Shown here piece by piece: positions 17,902-28,038 of a stretch of 64,000 nt of DNA (within the stretch, counting starts at the first letter, position 1; the number at the start of each line of letters is the position of its first letter). This stretch comes from Chloroflexota bacterium (GTDB lineage: Bacteria > Chloroflexota > UBA11872 > VXOZ01), in NCBI GenBank assembly GCA_963662335.2, contig CAXXVD010000004.1:160001-224000 (forward strand), given 5' to 3'. The position numbers were made by a program, and so were the translations under genes. The notes under the pieces are model-generated. The model had not been told where the DNA came from and did not search any database. It worked only from the letters and a program-made list of their open reading frames with translations.

Positions 17902-18108
17902 CTAGACTTCTACCAGTTCCGTTGACGCTTGTGGTTTTGAAATGGGTTCCCCCTGCTCCCTCATACCCTCAAGGTGGAACTCAATTGCCTCTTGAATGTG
18001 CCGTATGACTTCCTCTCGCGTCTGACCGTTGGCCACACACCCCGGTAGGTCCGGCACGAACGCCGAGAAGTTACGCGGCGTCTTTTCAATTACCACGGCA
18101 TACGTCAT
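17902..18108 (-). CDS. hicB: HicB-family antitoxin
   Basis: YAVVIEK...SAFVPDLPGCVANGQTREEV...IEFHLEG. Confidence 0.9.
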   Translation of the reverse strand: MTYAVVIEKTPRNFSAFVPDLPGCVANGQTREEVIRHIQEAIEFHLEGMREQGEPISKPQASTELVEV

Positions 18109-18111
18109 CGC

Positions 18112-18198
18112 TCACCTCGCTTGCTTTAGGATACTGTGCCACGATCCGCCCGCCAAGTCATCACCCGGACGTCCGGGGACTGTTACCAGCCCCTTCCT
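18112..18198 (-). pseudogene. hicA: HicA toxin C-terminal remnant
   Basis: Manual translation RKGLVTVPGRPGDDLAGGSWHSILKQAR*, ending just before hicB; TAG immediately upstream, no start codon. Confidence 0.7.
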
Positions 18199-18706
18199 CT
18201 ACTGTGGAAGAATCCTGGATTGCCGCATACGCTTTGCGGGTGCCTCTGGCGACCGGGCGCAAGCGGCGTTGTCTGACAAGGGTGTCGACGGCGGTTTTCA
18301 CGGCGGGTTCACCGTGGCGGCGGAACTTGCCGCTGATCTTGCTGAGGGTGCGAGGGCGGGCGCAGTAGGCCAAGACCTCTTCCGCAAGCATCTCGTGCGC
18401 GGCCGGGAGCGGTTGGATGGGCGTAACGAGCGTGTGGCCGGGGTTGGCGCCGATATTCTCGCCCGGGGTGAAGTCCAGCCGGCCCTGGGCCGCGTGTTCC
18501 GCCAGGAAGTGGCGCAGCCGTGTGCGCAACACGCCGCCATTGCCGGTAGAGCCGTAGCCGTGGATTATGTCTAGTGTTTCCGGGGCGAAGCCACCGGCGC
18601 GCGCTAGCGCCTGGTTGTAGAACGCGATGAAGTCCGGCAGGGCCTCGTGCCAGGTCTGGCCGTGAAGGTCAAGCGTGTGATCGGACTCGGCTTGCGAAGA
18701 AGACAT
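18161..18706 (-). CDS. Smr domain protein
   Basis: LDLHG, IIHGYGSTG, VLRTRLR, NPGHTLV; C-terminal wHTH-like extension. Confidence 0.85.
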   Translation of the reverse strand: MSSSQAESDHTLDLHGQTWHEALPDFIAFYNQALARAGGFAPETLDIIHGYGSTGNGGVLRTRLRHFLAEHAAQGRLDFTPGENIGANPGHTLVTPIQPLPAAHEMLAEEVLAYCARPRTLSKISGKFRRHGEPAVKTAVDTLVRQRRLRPVARGTRKAYAAIQDSSTVEEGAGNSPRTSG

Positions 18707-18719
18707 CGATGGGCACGCA

Positions 18720-19016
18720 TAGTAGCGCGGGGGCTTGTCCCCCGCCAGGGTTGGGAGTACGTGTCGGGTTATTTGGCGAGCCGTCGCGTGGCAGGACGCG
18801 CCGCTCTAATCGACATTAATGCGGCGCAGGTTTGCAACCTGCGCCGCTGTGCGGTCAATTATCCAAGGCCGGCTCTTATCGTGTCAGGCCGCCGGAGCAT
18901 ACGCCAAGCGCTTCACGTCCGGGCGGGGGACAAGCCCCCGCGCTACGCTATTGCGAGAACACTAATGCGACAAGACTAGCCCCTCACCCTAACACTCTCC
19001 CCAAAGGAGAGGGGAC
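18720..19016. repeat. Cluster of REP-like palindromes downstream of 5S
   Basis: Family C copies at ~18722 (+), ~18824 and ~18923 (inverted); CCCTCACCC...CTCTCCCCAAAGGAGAGGGG at ~18981. Confidence 0.7.
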
Positions 19017-19071
19017 AAGGGAGATCCGGCTGGGCGTGCCTGAAACTGGTCGTTCCAAAAAAAACAAAAAT

Positions 19072-19190
19072 CCTTGGGCAACGGCCTATTTTCCCACACA
19101 GTCGCCCGTGCAGTATCGTCGGTGCTGAGGGACTTAACTACCGTGTTCGGGATGGGAACGGGTGTACCCCCCTCGCCTTGTCACCCAAGG
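19072..19190 (-). rRNA. rrf: 5S rRNA
   Basis: Minus strand CCTTGGGTGACAAGGCGAGGGGGGTACACCCGTTCCCATCCCGAACACGG...TTGCCCAAGG. Confidence 0.95.
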
Positions 19191-19485
19191 AGATTTGACT
19201 CAGGTATGAAGTGCTGCCGCGTTGGTGTTGACCGCAGCCCGCAAGCGGGCCCGGCAAACCGCACGGCGCACATTGTGAACGTGCACCGGTGAACAATGCG
19301 CAAGTCGTGGAAATGCAGAACTCCAATTTTGCCGATTCGACGCGCGGCTAAGTCCTCGACCATTAGTACCGCTCGGCTGAACGCGTTACCGCGCTTACAC
19401 CTGCGGCCTATCAACCAGATCATCTCTCTGGGGTCTTACCTCTCGCCGCAAAGCGGTCGAGAGTGGGGAACCTAATCTTGAGGCT

Positions 19486-19518
<33 letters not shown>

Positions 19519-19576
19519 ATTCCGCACGTAGCTACCCAGCTATGCCTCTGGCGAGACAACTGGTACACCAGCGGTG

Positions 19577-19608
<32 letters not shown>

Positions 19609-19636
19609 CTCCTCGCAAGTTCCCTGCGCCTGCGGA

Positions 19637-19683
<47 letters not shown>

Positions 19684-19686
19684 GCG

Positions 19687-19721
<35 letters not shown>

Positions 19722-19797
19722 GCTCCAGCCCCAGGATGCGCTGAGCCGACATCGAGGTGCCAAGCCTCCCCGTCGCTATGAACGCTTGGGGGAGATA

Positions 19798-19828
<31 letters not shown>

Positions 19829-19990
19829 ATAATCCACGGCCCTTCCACTCGGAACCGTAGGGTCACTAAGCCCGACTTTCGTCCCTGCTCGACGTGTATG
19901 TCTCGCAGTCAAGCTCCCTTGTGCCTTTACACGCTAAGGCTGATTTCCATCCAGCCTGAGGGAACCTTTGGGCGCCTCCGTTATCTTTTG

Positions 19991-20026
<36 letters not shown>

Positions 20027-20284
20027 CTGTCCCCCTCCCGGATCACGGCAAGGGGTTAGAATAAGGATCGTAGAAGGGTGGTATTTCACCATTGCCTCCC
20101 CAATCCCCAAGAGGAAAGGTTCACAGGCTCCCACCTATCCTACGCATCGACGGCCCCGATCCAATGCCAAGGTGCAGTAAAGCTCCACGGGGTCTTTTTG
20201 TCCTTCCGCAGGTAACCAGCATCTTCACTGGTACTTCAATTTCGCCGGGTCCCCTGCTGAGACAGTGCCCAACTCGTTACGCCA

Positions 20285-20323
<39 letters not shown>

Positions 20324-20999
20324 CGGTACATCGCGGCGTCTCCGCCGCAACTTATCCCACTCTGTTTCCAGAGGGGCCGGACTTTCTCTTCACTCGTCCT
20401 CTGTTCATCTGGCCGGCGATCGCGCGGATCTCGGCTATGCCTTCGGTCGTCACGTGCGTCCCACGCTCCATGAGCAGCAGGATGCGCCGGAATTTGATGA
20501 AGTCCACACGCTTCTTGGAGCGCAGTTCGTGCTTCTCAAAGAACGGAATAATCCGTTCCCGGAGGTGTTGCACGCTGCGCACCCGATAGCACATGCGGTC
20601 ACCGTGGTTTCTACGCACTACTCCACACCCAAAGAAAGCCTTGAGTTGGTAGAGCAGTTGCGCGTCGCGTTCATGCTGCACCACGGTAAATTCAGGCAGC
20701 ACCTGAAAACCGGAGGTCATTTCGTCGTGGCGATTGATGCCCACAAAGAAGCACCCTTCTCCATCGACGAAACCGCAGATCCATTGCGCCGTCAACCGTG
20801 AAGACGAGGCCGGACGTAAAGTCTCTGAGGGTTCTCTCGTTTCGGTCATGCGAGAGCCTTCCCTGCGGATTGTCCCCATGTCCGCCAGGCTTCTTACTGC
20901 TTGCGCGCCGCGCGGAAGCGCGGCCTGCAAACGAGTACCTGATGGCTGTGCGAGGAGTTTCCCGCATATGGTCCGGTTTTACTAAGGCTCGCGAAGTGA
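20324..20999 (-). mobile_element. Group I intron (IB-like) at 23S position 1931 (E. coli numbering)
   Basis: Interrupts CCTAAGGT^AGCGAAATT; P1 CUAAGGU/GCCUUAG with U-G at the splice site; terminal G; P/Q/R/S elements AUAUGCGGGAAA, AAUCCGCAGG, UCAGAGACUUUAC, AAGAGAAAGUCC; P3 CCGGAC/GUCCGG. Confidence 0.93.
20352..20849 (-). CDS. Single-motif LAGLIDADG homing endonuclease
   Basis: WICGFVDGEGCF, FTVVQH, LKAFFGCGVV, IIPFFEKHELRSKKRVDF; start uncertain (GGAAGG before ATG 20849). Confidence 0.9.
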   Translation of the reverse strand: MTETREPSETLRPASSSRLTAQWICGFVDGEGCFFVGINRHDEMTSGFQVLPEFTVVQHERDAQLLYQLKAFFGCGVVRRNHGDRMCYRVRSVQHLRERIIPFFEKHELRSKKRVDFIKFRRILLLMERGTHVTTEGIAEIRAIAGQMNRGRVKRKSGPSGNRVG

Positions 21000-21216
21000 A
21001 CCTTAGGACGGTTATAGTTACCGCCGCCGTTCACCGGGGCTTCCCGTCAGGGCGTGAACCCCTCTAGTTAACCTTCCGGCACCGGGCAGGCGTCAGCCCC
21101 CATACATCAGCTTTCGCTTTCGCGGAGACCTGTGTTTTTGTTAAACAGTCGGTTGGGCCTCTTCAGTGCCACCGCGGCTCGCTAGCCGGCGCAAGGCCGG
21201 AGCACGCGCCGCGGTA

Positions 21217-21249
<33 letters not shown>

Positions 21250-22546
21250 GAGTTCCTTAGCAGAGGGTCTCCCGCTCACCTTGGGACATTTACCCCCGCC
21301 CACCAGTGTCGGTTTGCGGTACGGGCGCCCATATTCTGGCTAGAGGCTTTTCTTGCAGGCTGGGCTCAAAGGAATCGCCCTTGACGATTGTCGCGGACTC
21401 TCCATCGCTTCTCGGCGTTTGGGGTAGAGCGGCGGATTTACCTGCCGCTCCCGCCTACCAGCTTGGACGTGTATAGCCAAGAACACGCTCCTCCTACCCT
21501 GCCCGGTCCCCCCTTCGCTCATAACGAACACGGGCGGTTCCGGAATATCAACCGGATGTCCATCGCCTACGCCATATTGGCCTCGGCTTAGGCCCGACTA
21601 ACCCTCAGTGGACGAACCTTCCTGAGGAAACCTTGGGCTTACGGTGAGCCGGATTCTCACCGGCTAACGCTACTCATGCCGACATTCGCACTTCCCTGCG
21701 CTCCACCCGTCCTTTCGGTCGGGCTTCGCCGCCCAGGGAACGCTCCCCTACCCGGCGGCTGCTCCCGTAGGATTGCCGCCGCCCTAGCTTCGGTACCAGA
21801 CTTAAGCCCCGTTGAATTTTCGGCGCCAGACGGCTTGACCAGTGAGCTGTTACGCACTCTTTAAAGGATGGCTGCTTCCAAGCCAACCTCCTGGCTGTCC
21901 GGGCTATCCGACATCCTTTCCCACTTAGTCCGGATTTAGGGACCTTAGCTGAGGGTCTGGGTTGTTTCCCTTTTGACGATGAAGATTATCCCCCACCGTC
22001 CCACTCCCAGGCAACGTGTACACGGCATTCGGAGTTTGGTTGGGTTTGGTAACCGTTTTGGCCCCTAGCCCATCCAGTGCTCTACCTCCGCGACACTTAA
22101 ACCTGAGGCTGCACCGCAATGCATTTCGGGGAGAACCAGCTATATCTGAGTTCGATTGGCATTTCACCTCTAGCCACAGCTCATCCCCCAGTTTTGTAAC
22201 ACTGGTGGGTGCGGGCTTCCACGAGATATTACTCTCTCTTCACCCTGGCCATGGCTAGCTCACTCAGTTTCGGGTCTACTCCACGCGACTGGATCGCCCT
22301 GTTCGGACTCGCTTTCGCTACGGCTCCGGCCCTCCGACCTTAGCCTTGCCACGCATAGTAACTCGTCGGCTCATTCTCCAAAAGGCACGCCATCAGGCAT
22401 TCCGCCTCATAATGCGGGCTCAACGCCCCCGCGCGCCGCGCCTCCCGAAAGAAGCGCAGTTTGCGGGCACGCCGTCCCAGCAAGGCGGCATAGCCCTCTG
22501 ACTGCTTGTAGGCGTACGATTTCAGGTTCTGTTTCACTCCCCTCCC

Positions 22547-22577
<31 letters not shown>

Positions 22578-23196
22578 CGTTCGCTATCGGTCGCCAAAGG
22601 TGTTTAGCCTTGGGAAGTGGGCTCCCCAGCTTCCCACAGGGTTACACGTGTCCCGTGGTACTCAGGCACAGCAACGAGAGAGCCGTGGCTTTCGTGTACG
22701 GGGCTCTCACCCTCTCTGGCGGGCCGTTCCAGGCCCTTCTACTAACCACAGCTTTTCTCCAACTCTCCGGGCCCCTTGCAGAGGGCCCTGTTGCGGCCTC
22801 CAACCCTCACGCTGCAACGGCTGCAACCTATCGCACAGCGTGAGTTTAGGCTCATCCCCTTTCGCTCGCCACTACTCAGGGAATACTCTCTCTTCCTCGC
22901 CCTACTAAGATGATTCAGTTCGGGCGGTTCCCCCCGCAGGTCTATTAATTCAACCTGCGGTGACGAGGCATCACCCTCGCCGGGTTTCCCCATTCGGGCA
23001 CCTGCGGATCAAAATCTGCTGACGACTCCCCGCAGCTTTTCGCAGTCAACCGCGCCCTTCATCGGCCTTTGGCGCCAAGGCATCCGTCGCACGCCCTTAG
23101 TAACTTAGCCTGCTTCGAACCGGCAAAATTGAAGTTCTGCTTGCGCATATTCACCTGTTAACGTGCCGCCCCCACTCGCGCAAGGGCGCATCCCCT

Positions 23197-23226
23197 AATG
23201 TACCAAACATCGTCCCACGCTGTCAA
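23197..23226 (-). promoter_or_regulatory. Promoter of the 23S-5S unit
   Basis: TTGACA-18 bp-TACATT with extended -10 TG, ~90 nt upstream of the 23S 5' end. Confidence 0.75.
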
Positions 23227-23333
23227 GGAAAAGGGGGGCAAAAATAGTAGACGTAGACTTGCACCATTGCGGTTTCTGAGTAAGAAGGAAATTCTTAAGG
23301 AGACATGGGAGTGGAAACAAGCGGTGAGGCATC

Positions 23334-24776
23334 GTGAAGATTGCCTGTATACTCATTACCCACCCGCGCGCCAAGTGCGAACTGAGGCGGCAGCCGGAAC
23401 TGGCAGCAGTCCCGGCTGTTATCGTAGATCGTTCTTCAGGCAGCCCGCAGGTTATCGATGTCTTCCCGGCCGCTACCGGGGTGGCAGCGGGTATGTCGCT
23501 GGAGGAGGCACTCTCCCACAATGCCGATACCGTCGTCATCGAAGCCAATGAACCGGCGTACCGGCGGGTTTTCCGGCAGGTGCTTACCTCCCTCCAGCAA
23601 GTCAGTGATCGGGTGGAACATGCGGCGCTGGGCGTTGCGTACGTGCGCCTTGACGGACTTGAAACCCTCTATGGCGGTGAAGAGCGGGTCGTCGCTGCGC
23701 TGTTGAATGCCATCCCCGCGGATCTCACGCCGCGCGTGGGCGTGGCAGACGCTAAATTTCCCGCTCTAGTCGCGGCCCAAGCCAGCCGCGCGGGTGAGGT
23801 AACGCGAGTACCCGAGTATGCGGCCGCGTTCTTAGCGCCACATCCCGTTACGCTGCTGCCGCTCGCTCCCGCAGTGCACGAGCGTCTGCAACGCTTCGGC
23901 TTACGCACCTTGGGCGATGTGGCGGCCATGCGCGTGGACCAATTGAGCAACCAGTTTGGCGCTGACGGTACCAAGGCCTGGCAACTCTGCCACGGCATTG
24001 ACGAGGAACTGTTTATCCCGCTGAAGCATGAGGAGTCCGTCACCGCCCACGTTACTTTGCCATTTGTCTCCACCTCTCTGGAACTCTTCTTGGTGACGCT
24101 GGAAGGTCTGCTGAAGAGTGCCTACGCGCAGCCGCAGATGCGGGGACGCTATGCAGAGCAAGCCATCATACAGTGCAGCCTCTTTCGGTCGCAGCCGTGG
24201 GAGAAAGTGGTCAACTTCAAGCACGGCGTCGGCTGTGAGGGGGCCGCGCGCATTATCAGAAGCCGTCTGGAAGCCGACTATCCGCCCGCGCCGATTGAAG
24301 AAATCACGCTTACCGTAGCGAATCTCACGGGCGAGTCCGCCACGCAAATGGGACTGCTCCGCGATGTCCGCAAAGATAGAAATGACCGTCTGGTAGAGGC
24401 GGACAGGCAATTCCAAGCCCGTATGCAGGGCAGGCGGGCGCTGTTCCGCGTGGTGAACATCGCGCCCTGGCATCCGGCGCCGGAGTTGCGCGCGCTACAG
24501 ATACCTATCGATCCGGCAGCGAAGGACAGCTTGAGACCGCTTGCCAATCCTACGGCTGTAGAGGTGCAAGTAAGCGAGGATAACCAACCCCTAGCAGTAC
24601 GCTTGAAGAACCGCTGGCATCAGGTAGCCAGCATCGACGATAAGTGGTGCTTCGACCTCTGGTGGCTGGCCGCGCCGCTTACGCGCGCCTACTATCGGGT
24701 GCGGCGGGCGGATGGGGTCCCGCTCACCCTGTTCCGTGACTGGAGAGATGGCTGCTGGTATCGGCAAGTCTCATAG
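23334..24776 (+). CDS. imuB: ImuB-like inactive Y-family DNA polymerase with C-terminal DUF6504-like domain
   Basis: GVAAGMSLEEAL, RVGVADAKF, LQRFGLRTLGDV; no DMD catalytic motif; QMGLL clamp-binding-like motif; W..DLWW...RAYYRV...LFRD...WY tail. Confidence 0.85.
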   Translation: MKIACILITHPRAKCELRRQPELAAVPAVIVDRSSGSPQVIDVFPAATGVAAGMSLEEALSHNADTVVIEANEPAYRRVFRQVLTSLQQVSDRVEHAALGVAYVRLDGLETLYGGEERVVAALLNAIPADLTPRVGVADAKFPALVAAQASRAGEVTRVPEYAAAFLAPHPVTLLPLAPAVHERLQRFGLRTLGDVAAMRVDQLSNQFGADGTKAWQLCHGIDEELFIPLKHEESVTAHVTLPFVSTSLELFLVTLEGLLKSAYAQPQMRGRYAEQAIIQCSLFRSQPWEKVVNFKHGVGCEGAARIIRSRLEADYPPAPIEEITLTVANLTGESATQMGLLRDVRKDRNDRLVEADRQFQARMQGRRALFRVVNIAPWHPAPELRALQIPIDPAAKDSLRPLANPTAVEVQVSEDNQPLAVRLKNRWHQVASIDDKWCFDLWWLAAPLTRAYYRVRRADGVPLTLFRDWRDGCWYRQVS

Positions 24777-24785
24777 AGCAGCCCG

Positions 24786-27700
24786 ATGTCTTCCACAACA
24801 CCGCAGTCCGCCGGATACGTTGAGTTGCATGCCAAGAGCTTCTACTCCTTCGGGATAGGAGCCTCTCACACTCACGAGTTGCTCGCCCAAGCCAAAGCGT
24901 TCGGTTATGGTGCGCTCGCCCTGTCCGACACTAACCTCTGCGGGGCTCTGGAGTTCGCGCGCCTTGCTAACAGCTTGGAAATTCGGCCCATCACCGGCGG
25001 CGAGTTTGCCCTGCTGGATGGTTCGCGAATCGTCTTGCTGGCCAGGACGCGCGAAGGCTATGCCAACCTTGCGCGGTTGTTCACGCTGGCGAACGCCGTC
25101 GACCGCCGAGAGCCACGTTTGGATCCCGCGCATCTTCCTACGCATGCTACAGGCCTGATTCTGCTCACCGGTGGTCGCGATGGACCGCTGGCGCGCTTGG
25201 GGGAGGCTGGCTGTCACGAAACGGCGCTGACACGGCTGAATGAATACGCAACATGGTACAGCCAAGACGCCGTATACGTGGAGTTGCAGCAGAACTTCCT
25301 GCGCGGCGACACCAAGCGCAATTGCGAGCTAGCGCGACTTGCCAGCGACGCAGGCGTGCCTGTGGTGGCTACCAATGATGTGCATTATCACGCAGCGGAG
25401 CGTTATCGGCTGCAGCACGCCCTTGAAGCCGCCAAGCGCAATATCACCATCGACCAGGCCCTCCCGCATCTCAAACCGAATCATCACCTCCACTTGAAGC
25501 CCTTTGAACAGATGGAGCACATCTTCAAAGACGTTCCTGAAGCTGTTGCTAACACCGTGAAGATCGCGCAACAATGCGATTTCGATCTCAGCACCGATCT
25601 TGGTTACACCCTCCCCGATCCCGCTGTGCCGGAGGGCTTCACACCCTCACAGCACTTGCGCTCGCTCTGCGAAGCGGCGGCAGTGCGGCGCTATGGAGCG
25701 CTAACCGCATTGGTGCAGGCGCGGCTCGACGAGGAGTTTGACCTGATCGAGAAGCACAATCTGGCAGGCTTCCTGTTGCTGTACCGGGAGATTGTGAGCG
25801 TTGCACAGCAGATCATGGTGGAGCGTGGACTAGTAGACCCCGAGACACCGCTAGAGGAGCGCCCTCCAGGGAGAGGGCGCGGCTCATCGGTGGCGCTCCT
25901 CGTCGGCTACCTCATCGGTATTAGTCACGTAGACCCGCTCAAGTGGAATCTCACCCTGGAGCGCTTCATATCTGCCGACATGACCATGCTGCCGGACATC
26001 GACCTGGACTTTCCACGTGAAATCAGGGACGCGCTGCTGGAGCGGGTGCACCGCCACTTTGGGTCGGAGTACGCCGTGCTTGCCAGCGCCATCGCTACCT
26101 ATTCGGTGAAGGGCATCATTCAAGACCTGGGAAAAGCGCTGGGGCTGCTCAAGGAAGACCTGTCGCTCCTTTCCAAACAACTCCACTCGCACCATGCCGA
26201 CAATCTCAAAGAAGAAATGCTGGCGCTGCCCGCCTTTCGGGATAAGGTGACAGCCGCGGGGTGGCGTGATCTCATCCAGCTTGGGCCTGCGCTCATGGAT
26301 GCGCCCAAAGGAATCGGCCAGCACGTCGGCGGCATGATCCTGAGCGATAGACCTATTTCTGCGCTCGTGCCCATCCGTGCCGGCGCCATGGAAGGCCGCT
26401 ACATCATGGACTGGAACAAGGACTCCGTGGCGGATGCCAACTTTGCCAAGATCGACCTACTCTCGCTGCCCGTCCTCGACCAGATCGAGGAGGCGCTGGA
26501 TCTGATTGAAGCCAGAGAAGGAAAACGGCCGGACCTAAGCCGCATTGATCCTGAGGACCCGCAGGTGTACGACATGATCAACGCGGGGCGGTCTATCGGC
26601 ATCTTCCTGCTCCAATCGCCTGCGCAACTCAAGATGGGCCAGCGCCTACGTTCGCGGACTCTGCTCGACTTGGCCTATCAAGTGGCGCTCATCCGTCCCG
26701 GTGTGGGCGTACAGGGAAGCGCTGTTTCGCAGTTCGTAGAGCGGTATCGGCACGGCGTCTCGTGGGACTACGACCATCCCTTGGAGCAACGCGCACTGGA
26801 ACGGGGCTACGGCATCATCGTATGGCAGGAGCAGGTGGTGCAACTCATTATGGACGTGGCCGGCATGACGGCGGCGCAAGCCGACGAAGTGCGGCGGGCG
26901 TTCACTAAGCCCAACAACGCACACCTGATCGCCATGCACTGGCAGCAATTCTTGGAAGGCGCGCAGCGTAGAGGAGTGCCGGAACCGATTGCGGAGAAGA
27001 TCTTCGGCAAGATCAACGGCCACTACATGTTTCCGGAGAGCCATAGCCATGCCTTTGCCATCACCGCTTATCAGGCTGCCTGGCTGAAGCGCTATTACCC
27101 ACTGGAATTCTTCATTGGCTTGATGAACAACCAGCCCATGGGCTTCTATCCACTGGAAACGCTCAAGCAGGACGCGCAGAGCTTTGGAGTGTCCTTTCTA
27201 AATCCGTGCGTGAACCACAGTCAGGTACGCTGCACCCCCGCTGAGGACGCCGTGCTGCTGGGTTTGCAGTTCGTCAATAACGTCGGCGCGGAGATGGCGC
27301 AGCGCATCGTGGCCGAGCGGGAGAGCGGCGGCCCATACACGGGAGCGAGTGACTTTGTGAGGCGGACGGGTGTGAAATCCCAGACGGTACAGTCATTAGT
27401 CCAAGCAGGCGCATTCGACGCGATTTCGCCGAATCGTCGAGAGGCGTTATGGGACTCAGGTCTCGCCATTCGCCCCGGCAGGCACGGGCAACACGCTTTT
27501 GCTGTGGCTACGGCAGAGAGTGTGCCACGGTTGGCAGACTTCAACGACTTTGAGCGCATGGTGGGCGAGTATGCCGTCATGGGCATCCATCCTAAGGGGC
27601 ACCTGATGGAACACTTCCGGCCCTCACTGGGGCCTAATGTGCTGCCCACTGTCGCGATAGAGGACGTGGCAGAAGGCGAGCGGATCCAGGTAGCCGGATG

Positions 27701-27950
27701 GCCGGTGGCGCGGCAGCATCCGCGCGGCCGGGACGGCACGGTGTTTGTGACCATCGAGGACGAGGTGGGCAGTGTCCAACTCATTCTCTGGCCGCGGGTC
27801 TTTGCCCGCCATCGGAGAGCGCTAGGAAGCCAGGTGATTTTGGCAACCGGCAAGGTGTCGCGCTGGGACGGCACCACAAACGTCATCGTCTCAGCGGTGC
27901 AGGCGCTAGACGCCTCGGTGCCTATGCCCGCCTCCCACGACTGGCATTAG
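24786..27950 (+). CDS. dnaE2: Error-prone DNA polymerase III alpha, DnaE2 (ImuC)
   Basis: YVELHAKSFYSF PHP domain, GRGRGSS, PDIDLD, QHVGG, FPESHS, NQPMGFY, C-terminal SHDWH (SRDFH-like). Confidence 0.93.
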   Translation: MSSTTPQSAGYVELHAKSFYSFGIGASHTHELLAQAKAFGYGALALSDTNLCGALEFARLANSLEIRPITGGEFALLDGSRIVLLARTREGYANLARLFTLANAVDRREPRLDPAHLPTHATGLILLTGGRDGPLARLGEAGCHETALTRLNEYATWYSQDAVYVELQQNFLRGDTKRNCELARLASDAGVPVVATNDVHYHAAERYRLQHALEAAKRNITIDQALPHLKPNHHLHLKPFEQMEHIFKDVPEAVANTVKIAQQCDFDLSTDLGYTLPDPAVPEGFTPSQHLRSLCEAAAVRRYGALTALVQARLDEEFDLIEKHNLAGFLLLYREIVSVAQQIMVERGLVDPETPLEERPPGRGRGSSVALLVGYLIGISHVDPLKWNLTLERFISADMTMLPDIDLDFPREIRDALLERVHRHFGSEYAVLASAIATYSVKGIIQDLGKALGLLKEDLSLLSKQLHSHHADNLKEEMLALPAFRDKVTAAGWRDLIQLGPALMDAPKGIGQHVGGMILSDRPISALVPIRAGAMEGRYIMDWNKDSVADANFAKIDLLSLPVLDQIEEALDLIEAREGKRPDLSRIDPEDPQVYDMINAGRSIGIFLLQSPAQLKMGQRLRSRTLLDLAYQVALIRPGVGVQGSAVSQFVERYRHGVSWDYDHPLEQRALERGYGIIVWQEQVVQLIMDVAGMTAAQADEVRRAFTKPNNAHLIAMHWQQFLEGAQRRGVPEPIAEKIFGKINGHYMFPESHSHAFAITAYQAAWLKRYYPLEFFIGLMNNQPMGFYPLETLKQDAQSFGVSFLNPCVNHSQVRCTPAEDAVLLGLQFVNNVGAEMAQRIVAERESGGPYTGASDFVRRTGVKSQTVQSLVQAGAFDAISPNRREALWDSGLAIRPGRHGQHAFAVATAESVPRLADFNDFERMVGEYAVMGIHPKGHLMEHFRPSLGPNVLPTVAIEDVAEGERIQVAGWPVARQHPRGRDGTVFVTIEDEVGSVQLILWPRVFARHRRALGSQVILATGKVSRWDGTTNVIVSAVQALDASVPMPASHDWH

Positions 27951-28038
27951 GCATAGATCACCCCCCCAACACGCTACGCAAATGTGGGATAATGCGACTG
28001 CATACAGCCGCTCAATGCCATACAAAACGGAGGGGAGC

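Noticed and set aside
23282-23296. AAGAA-N5-TTCTT palindrome upstream of imuB as an SOS box
   Set aside because: It does not fit the GAAC-N4-GTTC LexA box; the evidence is too weak.
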